From: an uncultured Gammaproteobacteria bacterium
GTDB lineage: Bacteria > Patescibacteriota > Microgenomatia > Daviesbacterales > UBA10151
DNA length: 64,000 nucleotides
Assembly: GCA_964504665.1 (NCBI GenBank)
Contig: CAZDEH010000003.1
Span: 1,140 to 65,139 of the forward strand
Direction of reading: 5' to 3'
A program made the position numbers and the translations under genes. Below the pieces are notes generated by a model. It was given only the letters and a program-made list of their open reading frames with translations, searched no databases and was not told where the DNA came from. Shown here piece by piece: positions 9,849 to 17,820 of this stretch. Positions within the stretch are counted from its first letter, which is position 1. The number at the start of each line of letters is the position of its first letter.

Positions 9849-12012
9849 TTCTAATCACTCTTAACAAACGATTTTGCTCTTCTAAAAATACTATACGTTC
9901 TTGTTTATCTTTAATTTGTGCAATAATATCAGGATAACCCCAACCAAATTTACCAATCACTTTCATTGCTTCACTGAGACTATTTAAATTAGTTGGTGAG
10001 ATACTACCATAATCCAGGTCGTAATTTTGAATAGCATCAACAAAAGGTCTTAAGTGAATACCAATTTCCCGCTGTAATCTTCGGTTAAGCTCGTCAAGCC
10101 GTCTTTTCTCATTCTCTCCCTCGCTAATAATTGGTTGTTCTATGATGTCTGGTCTTGTAGTGGGCAAAGGAGTTCGCATCTCAGGTGGTCTAACAGGAAC
10201 TTGCTGAGAAGGTGCTGAAGGAACAACTGCTACTATTGGTTTTTCCGGTACTGAAGCAATTGGTTTTGGTGGAATTGCAGCTTTTGCACTACGCTCATCT
10301 CTTTCTTTCTGTTTCGCTAATGCAAATTTTATCGTCATCAGACCACCTTCTTCAATAACCTCTGATTGCAAATCACGGTCAAGCTTCGTTAAATCTTGGA
10401 TTCTTTGTTGGATTTCTCTCACTTCTTGCTCATTTAATACCACGCCTCGATCCCTTATCGAAAAGTTTCTCATGATATACCGGTAAATCATTTGACCCAA
10501 TAAACTCCCTGTGCCTGCTCTAGTATCTGTAAAAGAGTGCTCTACTAAACGGTCCACAAGATAGCTATTTTGCTGTACATTAATACTCTTTCTTCTCTCC
10601 ATATAAACTACTTCTAATTGTTGTTTAGCAAAATTCAAATCACCTACAGTTATCGATGAGAAAACAGACCTTTGATTACTTTTTAACTTTCCGATTGCTT
10701 CATCGATCGTGACTGCATCAACACCCCGTTGAACTAATGCTCCGCGGTTTGCTACCAGATTTTCAATAAATTGACTCGTTTGCATAATCTGCTTATTGGC
10801 TTCGATTATATTACGGGCTATTGTTGCTGGTTGAACAGATTTAAAATCCATAACAAATCCCAGGCGTTCAAGTAAATTAACTTCAGTGGATGTTAAATTA
10901 TCAGCAGGTTTTTTTGAAACTTCCAAATATATTCTTCTTAACAACTTTCGGTTATAACCCTTTTTTACTTCACTATATTTTTGCACTGGCTGTTCTGCTG
11001 CAAATACCTCCGAAACTTGTGATAAATTTAGTCTTTGATCTTCCAGGATGGCTGGCACGTTATCAAACAGATTTTCTCTCTGCACAGAGTCAACCACTTT
11101 CCCCAGAGAGGTAAGGATAGTTCTGGCGAGCTCGTCTCTTACCCTTTCCCGACTAGTACCCTCGGGAACAGATGCTAATTTCTTCTCTATCTCTGGTGTG
11201 TGTAACATACCATATATATTGCGGATTGCAGCCTGTTCGCCACCGATCGCTGGTGAAAGTTTTGCTACTAATTCAAGTGCTGCTCTAGCCACGTTAAAGC
11301 TTCGCAAATTGGATAATTGGATAACTTCCGCCATTTCCAGAAAAGCTTGTATTATCCTCTGTTTTTGTTCTTGTGTTTCATTCACCAAAATAGTTTCTTT
11401 TTTCAGTTGAGTCTCAAGTATACTTGGAGCGAGTGAACTTTTGGTAGCCAGAAATCCAAGGGCGGCTGTGGCTGAATATTGAGCAGCAATCTCAGGTCCA
11501 ACCATATTATTCCAACCATTCATCAGGTGACCAGCAATTCTACCCGGAACTATTTCTTGATGCGCCCTGGTAGAGGGGATAACAGCGCGCAGATATTGCA
11601 GCCAAGTCAGAGCTTGTTGATCGTCGCACTGTTCGTCACGATGGACAACTGTTAAATCATGAAGGAAAGTTGCTGTCACATCTTTGACTTCAAAAACAAA
11701 GTCAGGTTTGGCCCGCTGAATAATTTCTGGATGATCAGCAGCAAATTTGGTACGGTTCAAACCGTCAAGTACGAAATAACGAGTGGTCTCTTTCCCATCT
11801 GGTAAAGGTGTTAATACCCTCACTACTTGAGGCTTATCCCAAGCCTCAATACTAAAATTATGTTCCAGACGGTTATAAATTTCTGGACTAATAATATTTG
11901 CAGCCGGATTTCCTCTAACTAATTCCAGAGGGTCAACGGCAAATATTCTTCCGTTCTCCGGATTTTGATATCCTTCTGTTTTATTTTCCTTACTAATATC
12001 TGGTGAAGCCAT
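9799..12012 (-). CDS. large protein with an N-terminal ParB/Srx-fold-like domain, a long helical/coiled-coil region and a Pro-rich C-terminal segment
   Basis: FAVDPLELVRGNPAAN...VVRVLTPLPDGKETTRYFVLDGLNRTKFAA parallels the ParB N-domain (I..I..NP...VVR....Y.VAGERRWRAA) with DGxxR in place of GERR. Probable start MASPD at 12012 (the GTG at 12030 is also possible). PPKPIASVPEKPIVAVVPSAPSQQVPVRPPE is low-complexity. Confidence 0.45.
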   Translation of the reverse strand: MASPDISKENKTEGYQNPENGRIFAVDPLELVRGNPAANIISPEIYNRLEHNFSIEAWDKPQVVRVLTPLPDGKETTRYFVLDGLNRTKFAADHPEIIQRAKPDFVFEVKDVTATFLHDLTVVHRDEQCDDQQALTWLQYLRAVIPSTRAHQEIVPGRIAGHLMNGWNNMVGPEIAAQYSATAALGFLATKSSLAPSILETQLKKETILVNETQEQKQRIIQAFLEMAEVIQLSNLRSFNVARAALELVAKLSPAIGGEQAAIRNIYGMLHTPEIEKKLASVPEGTSRERVRDELARTILTSLGKVVDSVQRENLFDNVPAILEDQRLNLSQVSEVFAAEQPVQKYSEVKKGYNRKLLRRIYLEVSKKPADNLTSTEVNLLERLGFVMDFKSVQPATIARNIIEANKQIMQTSQFIENLVANRGALVQRGVDAVTIDEAIGKLKSNQRSVFSSITVGDLNFAKQQLEVVYMERRKSINVQQNSYLVDRLVEHSFTDTRAGTGSLLGQMIYRYIMRNFSIRDRGVVLNEQEVREIQQRIQDLTKLDRDLQSEVIEEGGLMTIKFALAKQKERDERSAKAAIPPKPIASVPEKPIVAVVPSAPSQQVPVRPPEMRTPLPTTRPDIIEQPIISEGENEKRRLDELNRRLQREIGIHLRPFVDAIQNYDLDYGSISPTNLNSLSEAMKVIGKFGWGYPDIIAQIKDKQERIVFLEEQNRLLRVIRIDRDLEDAQKDARTGR

Positions 12013-12106
12013 TGGGGGGCATTTTAGCACTACATATAATATTTTTCAAGTACAACTACATCCTATCGCTATATACATCAAAATTGCTTTTAGGTAAAAT
12101 GATGGA

Positions 12107-12769
12107 ATGGATCCAACTATTTTTGCCGGAGCAATTGTTATTTTACTTTTTTCAGTTATAGTCCATGAAGTTATGCATGGTTTAGTGGCTTTAAAGTTTG
12201 GTGACAGGACAGCCCAAAATGCTGGCAGGTTAACTTTAAATCCACTCCCCCATATTGATCCTATAGGCACAATTCTGGTACCAACCATACTTATATTATC
12301 AGGATTATTACTTCCAGGTGGTAATAGTTTTATTATTGGGTGGGCCAAACCTGTACCAGTAAATCCGTTAAATTTCTCCAATTTCAGAACAGGCGAGTTG
12401 TTTGTATCTTTAGCAGGCGTCGGATCAAATTTTGCTTTAGCTATTTTTGCTGCTATAATTTATCATTTGTTTATCCTCTTGTTACCTCAAGCAATCCTTG
12501 AATTACTAAAATTTACCGTTACAATTAATCTACTTTTAGGTATATTTAATTTATTGCCTATTCCTCCTCTTGACGGGTCAAAAGTTCTCATGTCCAGATT
12601 ACCAACAACATTAGCTATCCAGTATCAAAGCATTGAAAGATATGGCATGTTTATATTGCTATTCCTTTGGTTTGTCCCAATTGGAGGAATACCAATCCTA
12701 AGTCTAATTATAGGTATTGCAGTTAGTACAATTAATTTAATCTTAAGAGTTCCTTTAAGGCTTTTTTGA
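12107..12769 (+). CDS. site-2 protease family (peptidase M50) zinc metalloprotease
   Basis: HEVMHG (HExxH) in TM1; polytopic; LDGS motif region. Confidence 0.75.
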   Translation: MDPTIFAGAIVILLFSVIVHEVMHGLVALKFGDRTAQNAGRLTLNPLPHIDPIGTILVPTILILSGLLLPGGNSFIIGWAKPVPVNPLNFSNFRTGELFVSLAGVGSNFALAIFAAIIYHLFILLLPQAILELLKFTVTINLLLGIFNLLPIPPLDGSKVLMSRLPTTLAIQYQSIERYGMFILLFLWFVPIGGIPILSLIIGIAVSTINLILRVPLRLF

Positions 12770-12778
12770 GACTAAACT

Positions 12779-13099
12779 TTAATTTTTTCTCAGTTCATGA
12801 GCAATAACTGGAATTTTTCCAATATCTTTCAACTTTTTCTCATGCTCAAAAACAGTTTCATCTACATGTTCAGCAAACTCTAGAATAGTATCAGCTTTTT
12901 CATTTAATTCTTTAAATTTATCACCAAATTTTCTTTCAATTCTTTTAATATCATCTTTGACTTCTTGCATATCTTCTTTAATACCGCCAACATCCTTTTT
13001 AATCCCTTGAACATCAACTTTTACTTCTTGAATATCATCTTTAGAAGCCACAGCTTCTATTAGCCTTGTTACTAATTTAGTAATATCTTTATCATTCAT
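12779..13099 (-). CDS. small coiled-coil protein
   Basis: Heptad-like repeats VKVDVQGIKKDVGGIKEDMQEVKDDIKRIE. Confidence 0.4.
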   Translation of the reverse strand: MNDKDITKLVTRLIEAVASKDDIQEVKVDVQGIKKDVGGIKEDMQEVKDDIKRIERKFGDKFKELNEKADTILEFAEHVDETVFEHEKKLKDIGKIPVIAHELRKN

Positions 13100-13251
13100 A
13101 AATACATTTTAGTTTTAACTTTCCAAGAACACAATCTAGTACTAATAGATCAAATTACTTCAATTATTAATAACTACTTGAATAGCCCTTTATGAAGCCT
13201 TAAACATAAGTCTAAATCATAAATTTAGGCACGATTTTGAGCATTTTTAAC

Positions 13252-13280
13252 TTGACAAGAAACTTAATAATTGTTAGTAT
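13252..13280 (+). promoter_or_regulatory. sigma70-like promoter TTGACA-17-TAGTAT
   Basis: -35 at 13252-13257, -10 at 13275-13280, 17-nt spacer. Confidence 0.5.
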
Positions 13281-13286
13281 TAAGAT

Positions 13287-13540
13287 GTCCGAAAGGACAA
13301 GTAGATGGTCCGCCTTAGGCGAGACTCCCTACGAGGTACGTTAAAAGTTTGAGGATTACATTTTTCCTCCATCGTTAATAAACTTTGGAGATCCGGAGTG
13401 TCCCGGCGTAAAGTCGGACCAGGATTTCCACCTGAAAGTATTAGGGGAAAAAACCTCAAGCCACGGCTGAGTAGGGTGGAATTATTTTTTTTATTTTGAA
13501 TTCTGCCCAGTCCCTCGAAACTTCGAGGGGCTGGTTTTTG
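13287..13540 (+). ncRNA. unidentified structured ncRNA candidate (~255 nt) between a promoter and an intrinsic terminator
   Basis: Several GNRA-type hairpins (GUCCGAAAGGAC; CGCCUUAGGCG; CCGGCGUAAAGUCGG), GC content well above the flanks, bounded by a promoter and a terminator. No match to RNase P, tmRNA or SRP conserved motifs could be made by eye. Confidence 0.4.
13506..13539 (+). terminator. Rho-independent terminator (cccagtccctcgaaacttcgaggggctgg + TTTTT)
   Basis: 11-bp stem with a G-U pair, a GAAA-containing loop, then a T-run. Confidence 0.6.
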
Positions 13541-13594
13541 TATTATCAGCTTCCAGTTCCCAATCAACCAACTTTTTGTTAAAATATACACTGT

Positions 13595-13666
13595 GCCGAT
13601 GTAGCTCAGAAGTAGAGCAGACGCTTTGTAAGCGTAAGGTCGAGATTGCGATATTCTCCATCGGCT
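13595..13666 (+). tRNA. tRNA-like gene, anticodon UGU (Thr), atypical
   Basis: Perfect 7-bp acceptor stem (GCCGATG/CATCGGC) and D-arm TAGCTCAG..GAGC; anticodon loop TTTGTAA. The D-loop lacks GG and the T-loop reads TGCGATA rather than TTCRANY, so this may be a pseudo-tRNA or unusual tRNA. Confidence 0.5.
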
Positions 13667-13725
13667 CAGACTTATGGTTATTTTAGTATCTTGATATTTG
13701 TGTTTTATTTGGGTAACATATAATT

Positions 13726-14361
13726 ATGCGTCCTGCCTTTTATGATGATCTTCAATATAAACAAAAACAATCAGAGATTATCCATAAATATTGGCAAAAT
13801 GGAATATATAACAAGTTAGTAAAACCCTTAGAAATCAGATACTGTAAAAACATTAGCTGCAATTCTCCTTTTAAAATTAAGCCTTATGGAAAGAAAATAT
13901 ATTGTAGTTCTAGGTGCGCTGCCATTATCAATAACATAAATAGATTTCGAAAAATTGTTTTTTGTAGAACATGTAATAAACAATTAAATCGATCTAATCG
14001 GGTTTACTGTTCTGTAAAGTGCCAGATGATATATCAACATAAAATCCTAATAGAAGATTGGCAGAAAAAATCAATTGATGGAAATCCAATTTTAAATACT
14101 AAAAATATATCAAGACATCTTAAGCGCTTTTTACTAGAAAAATACGGAGAAAAGTGCTTAGCTTGCGGATGGGATAATATTAATCCCCTAACTAATAAAG
14201 TTCCTTTGGAAATAGACCATATAGACGGAAATTCTAGTAATAATAAGGAAGGAAATTTGAGATTACTTTGTCCTAATTGCCATTCATTAACTCCTCATTT
14301 TAGAAACCTAAACAAAGGTAACGGAAGAGCCTGGAGACAAAAACAATCCAAAATAATATAA
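13726..14361 (+). CDS. HNH endonuclease with N-terminal Cys-rich zinc-ribbon region
   Basis: LEIDHIDGNSSNNKEGNLRLLCPNCHSLT (HNH motif); multiple CxxC pairs N-terminally; sits between two tRNA genes. Confidence 0.75.
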   Translation: MRPAFYDDLQYKQKQSEIIHKYWQNGIYNKLVKPLEIRYCKNISCNSPFKIKPYGKKIYCSSRCAAIINNINRFRKIVFCRTCNKQLNRSNRVYCSVKCQMIYQHKILIEDWQKKSIDGNPILNTKNISRHLKRFLLEKYGEKCLACGWDNINPLTNKVPLEIDHIDGNSSNNKEGNLRLLCPNCHSLTPHFRNLNKGNGRAWRQKQSKII

Positions 14362-14471
14362 TTTTGTGGCAAGCTGGCATAACTAAGTGATAAGAACAGC
14401 AGTTTGTAACAGTCCGATCCCGACATCAACAGGGACAGGATCTCTGAGCGGAGCGAAAGGTTCTTATTCTG

Positions 14472-14699
14472 TTAGGAGACTCCTATATTACACCCTAAAA
14501 CTTCTGACAGAATCTTAAAACAATCAGCCCTTAATTGTCTTACGTATCCTTGACGGATCATATAAATTAATACTTCTGAAAGACCCTGATTACTTAATCG
14601 TTCATCAATAACTTGAGCATCCCCTCTAACCCAAGCATCTTTGATGACCTGATGGGATATTGGTAAATAAGACCATTCTGTGCTTATTTCTTTTTTCAT
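14472..14699 (-). CDS. hypothetical small protein
   Basis: ORF only. Confidence 0.3.
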   Translation of the reverse strand: MKKEISTEWSYLPISHQVIKDAWVRGDAQVIDERLSNQGLSEVLIYMIRQGYVRQLRADCFKILSEVLGCNIGVS

Positions 14700-14749
14700 A
14701 AAATATGTTTCTGGTTAATTTTATCAGAATTTGATAAAATTTTCCCACT

Positions 14750-14824
14750 GCCGACGTAGCTTAGTGGTAAAGCACTTCATTGGTAATGAAGAGACCATGG
14801 GTTCGATCCCCATCGTCGGCTCCA
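14750..14824 (+). tRNA. tRNA-Thr (anticodon GGU), CCA encoded
   Basis: Canonical cloverleaf: acceptor GCCGACG/CGTCGGC, D GCTT/AAGC, anticodon stem CTTCA/TGAAG with loop TTGGTAA, T-arm ATGGG-TTCGATC-CCCAT, then 3' TCCA. Confidence 0.85.
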
Positions 14825-14873
14825 ACCTTAAAACTTATTGAATTTCTATCATTTATATGTATATGATTAACTT

Positions 14874-15449
14874 ATGCATGGTTTTACTGCCTTACCTTTA
14901 GTTATTATTTTAGTCATTGCTGGTGTTGTGGGTGTTGGTTGGTACACATTCTCAGCTAACCAACAAGCTAAAGTTACAGTTTCTCCCAGCATTAAGCCTA
15001 CTGTTCTATCAACACCCAGTCCAACATTAACTCCTACATTTACTCCCAAACCCACTTTAAAACCTACTATCAAATTAAGTCCTACGCCTTCCCCGAGTCC
15101 CTCTCCTACACCAACTCCTACACCTACCCCAACTAGCAGTTCACAATCATCGGGTTGTAATACAAGTACTGATTTAGGAAATTTAACAGTTAATATTCAA
15201 CCAAACTCAGGTGAGTCATTAGTTGGAGATGCCTCAGTAAATATGAGCAACGGTAGCGGTGACTGTGCCGGAAATGATTCCAGACTGCCTTACACACAGA
15301 TTATCCGTCAAGGATCAACCTCAATTACATTCCCCAGTTTTAGACCAGGGAAATTCCATATCCAGGTTGGCTATCATGGGAATAATTATGACAATGATGT
15401 AAATATAAACCCAGGGGATAATTCAATAACTGTGACGGTAAATAATTAG
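14874..15449 (+). CDS. secreted/anchored protein with a Pro-Thr-Ser-rich linker
   Basis: N-terminal TM/signal; [40 protein letters not shown]. Confidence 0.5.
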   Translation: MHGFTALPLVIILVIAGVVGVGWYTFSANQQAKVTVSPSIKPTVLSTPSPTLTPTFTPKPTLKPTIKLSPTPSPSPSPTPTPTPTPTSSSQSSGCNTSTDLGNLTVNIQPNSGESLVGDASVNMSNGSGDCAGNDSRLPYTQIIRQGSTSITFPSFRPGKFHIQVGYHGNNYDNDVNINPGDNSITVTVNN

Positions 15450-15464
15450 GGGTTCCTAAGGAAT

Positions 15465-15995
15465 TTATTTTTTAGAAGGATACTTTGGTCTGTGATGTTT
15501 AGCAAACTCAAGCATATCTTCCAATCTGATTCCTTTTACCACTTTATCACAACTAACAGCCACTCCCTGATCTGTTTCAACTAATAACTCTTTTTGTAAT
15601 GATGGTAAAGCACCTCGTCTTATCGCTGAGTAGATTGTTTGTAATGGGATTTGGGTAATATCCGAAGTTCTTCCAGGAGTGTAAAAATCATTTCTTTCTA
15701 AAAGCACTAAAGCTACACGTCTCCTTAACTGCCAGTCCTTACCCATCAAACTACTTAATTCTTGCTTATCTGGTCTTTCCTGTATTCTCCTTCTAACTTC
15801 TGCGTATTCTTGAGAATTTAGTGGTTCATCATCACTAATCCCATACGCTTGTCTATATTCTGCTTGAGATTTGTAACCATGAACCTTTAAATGTGATCTA
15901 TGCAGAAGATTAAACCCACCGCCACATTCCTGACAAACAACTTTGTCAGGTCTTTCAACAGCCTTTTTTCCGCCTAAAACTTTTTCTGGACCCAT
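15465..15995 (-). CDS. MucR/Ros-family zinc-finger DNA-binding protein with a C-terminal extension
   Basis: [36 protein letters not shown] closely parallels Ros/MucR [45 protein letters not shown] matches AYAEARSRLAKE. Confidence 0.65.
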   Translation of the reverse strand: [176 protein letters not shown]

Positions 15996-16061
15996 AAAGG
16001 CTAATTTTACTTGATAACTATGGGATTGTCAAAACTAACTCTAACAGAGGGATATTAAGAG

Positions 16062-16688
16062 TTATTTACAGACAGTTAGATCAGAACCAGCTTCATATAA
16101 GTTAGGATTATCACCTTTGTCTTGGCTGGCATATTTGGTTTTATCTTGCTGGGATTCCATCGGAACTTCAATTTCCCAATTTTTACCATCTGAACAATAT
16201 CTGTAATACAATTCAGTTGAGTTAACCGGATCTATAGGCAACAGGTCAGTGGATAATATTTTGGTTTTAGATAGATCTACTTTTACCCAACCACTACCAT
16301 CAATATTTTTAACGTCTGGCTCAGTTGAACTAGACCTACCTTCGCAGGGTGCTTGAGTTTTGTAACAAAGCGCGTTTAGATCAGTGGCATTTTCTACAGC
16401 AATATTAACAGCTTGTTGAACATTAGCTACATCAGACAATCTAGCAGCATCTCTGGCCCGTCTTGTTAGTTCCAAAGGATTGATAGTCACAACCACGATA
16501 GCTGCCAAAATTGGGATCATAATAAGGAACAATACTGCAATTCCAGCTGATAAAAGTATCTTAACCCATAAAGGCCACTTCATCCAAAGAAACATAAATA
16601 AAACTCCTAGGGGAAAGAAAAATAATAAAGATAGTACAGTTACTACTGTTTTCCAGGTAGGGACAGGTTGATTTTGATTAGCAGCCAT
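16062..16688 (-). CDS. membrane protein with a type IV pilin-like segment but no canonical prepilin cleavage motif
   Basis: Hydrophobic helix followed by TRRARDAARLSDVANVQQAVNIA (pilin-like R..RD..R.SD motif); two extra N-terminal TM helices; no G/FTLIE site. Confidence 0.4.
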   Translation of the reverse strand: MAANQNQPVPTWKTVVTVLSLLFFFPLGVLFMFLWMKWPLWVKILLSAGIAVLFLIMIPILAAIVVVTINPLELTRRARDAARLSDVANVQQAVNIAVENATDLNALCYKTQAPCEGRSSSTEPDVKNIDGSGWVKVDLSKTKILSTDLLPIDPVNSTELYYRYCSDGKNWEIEVPMESQQDKTKYASQDKGDNPNLYEAGSDLTVCK

Positions 16689-16812
16689 TAAATCCAGTTT
16701 AAGAATAACCTTGTAACAATGTCAATAGTCATTTGATTTTTAAGCACCAATTGACTATTTACAAAACTTACATAATCACATTACTATAGAATTAGATCGA
16801 AAAGATTGAAAT

Positions 16813-17820
16813 ATGGAAGAAAAAGATAAAGACTGGAGTATTTCTGAACTTTATAGTAAGAGCTGGCAAATCATCAAGGATAACAAAATTCTCTGGTTAT
16901 TTGGTATGGCTGCTGTTGGCATTAGTTCAGGCAGTTCAAGGACAAACATCAGTTCAAAAAACCTTGATTCCATAAAAAAGTTTTTTCAAAACAACGACCC
17001 TGGCACTACCTCAAATAAACTCACTCAAGTATTAGGGGCGTCAACAGACACTTTTGCTGAGACTATCAAGAATCTATTCTTTGCGGTTCCAATATGGCTG
17101 TATGTTCTACTTGGCTTGGGTATACTGCTACTTATTCTAGTAAATATCGTTTTGGGTATGATCTATCAAGCCTGGACAAATGGGGCACTAATTGCTGGTG
17201 TAAATGCTGGTGCGGTTAATCAGAAACCTACTATTAGCCAAAATTCAAATAATGCTTTCCCAGCCATTAAAGGACTCATCTGGCTAAATATAATCCCCAC
17301 CTTAGTGTTCTTTTTAATTGCAGCTGTAGTATTTGGTATTCTTATCTTTGCAATTGTCTTACTGCCTTCTTTTACAAAGGCTATACCAATAATAATTACG
17401 ATTGTGGCTGTAATCGGTGCTTTTATCGGATGGATTCTCCTCACCTTAACTCAAATTTGGGCTAGCAGAAGAGTTGTGTTGGATAAGAGGTCTGCTGCTC
17501 AATCATTTTCCAGTTCATTTAGGATAGTAAAGAAAAAATTTTGGCATATGTTTGCCTTAGCTATAGTTAATACCATGCTTTCACTTGTTGCGATGTTTAT
17601 TATGGCAGTCCCACTTATTATTGTAGGAGGAGTTGCGGTATTTAGCTTTATTTTCTCGAAACCCAACCTTTCCTTATTGCCTCTCCTTATTGTCGTCGGT
17701 ATAGTGTTATTCCTACTTTATACTGTAGGCTACACAATTTTCTCCGGCATTCTTAACTCTTTCAAGGCTAGTGTTTGGACTCTTGCTTACAACCATATAA
17801 AAGGAGCCTACAATGAGTAA
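16813..17820 (+). CDS. polytopic membrane protein, hypothetical
   Basis: Multiple TM helices; no motif. Confidence 0.45.
   Translation: MEEKDKDWSISELYSKSWQIIKDNKILWLFGMAAVGISSGSSRTNISSKNLDSIKKFFQNNDPGTTSNKLTQVLGASTDTFAETIKNLFFAVPIWLYVLLGLGILLLILVNIVLGMIYQAWTNGALIAGVNAGAVNQKPTISQNSNNAFPAIKGLIWLNIIPTLVFFLIAAVVFGILIFAIVLLPSFTKAIPIIITIVAVIGAFIGWILLTLTQIWASRRVVLDKRSAAQSFSSSFRIVKKKFWHMFALAIVNTMLSLVAMFIMAVPLIIVGGVAVFSFIFSKPNLSLLPLLIVVGIVLFLLYTVGYTIFSGILNSFKASVWTLAYNHIKGAYNE

Noticed and set aside
13287-13540. Assigning the ncRNA candidate to RNase P RNA, tmRNA, SRP RNA or 6S RNA
   Set aside because: Could not find P4 (AGGAAAGTCCGGGC / ACAGAANCCGGCTTA), tmRNA tRNA-like termini or SRP domain IV (GGAAGCAGCC) signatures by eye; left as unknown pending covariance-model search.
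13280-13591. 103-aa minus-strand ORF
   Set aside because: Overlaps a near-consensus promoter, the hairpin-rich ncRNA candidate and its intrinsic terminator; composition is not protein-like.
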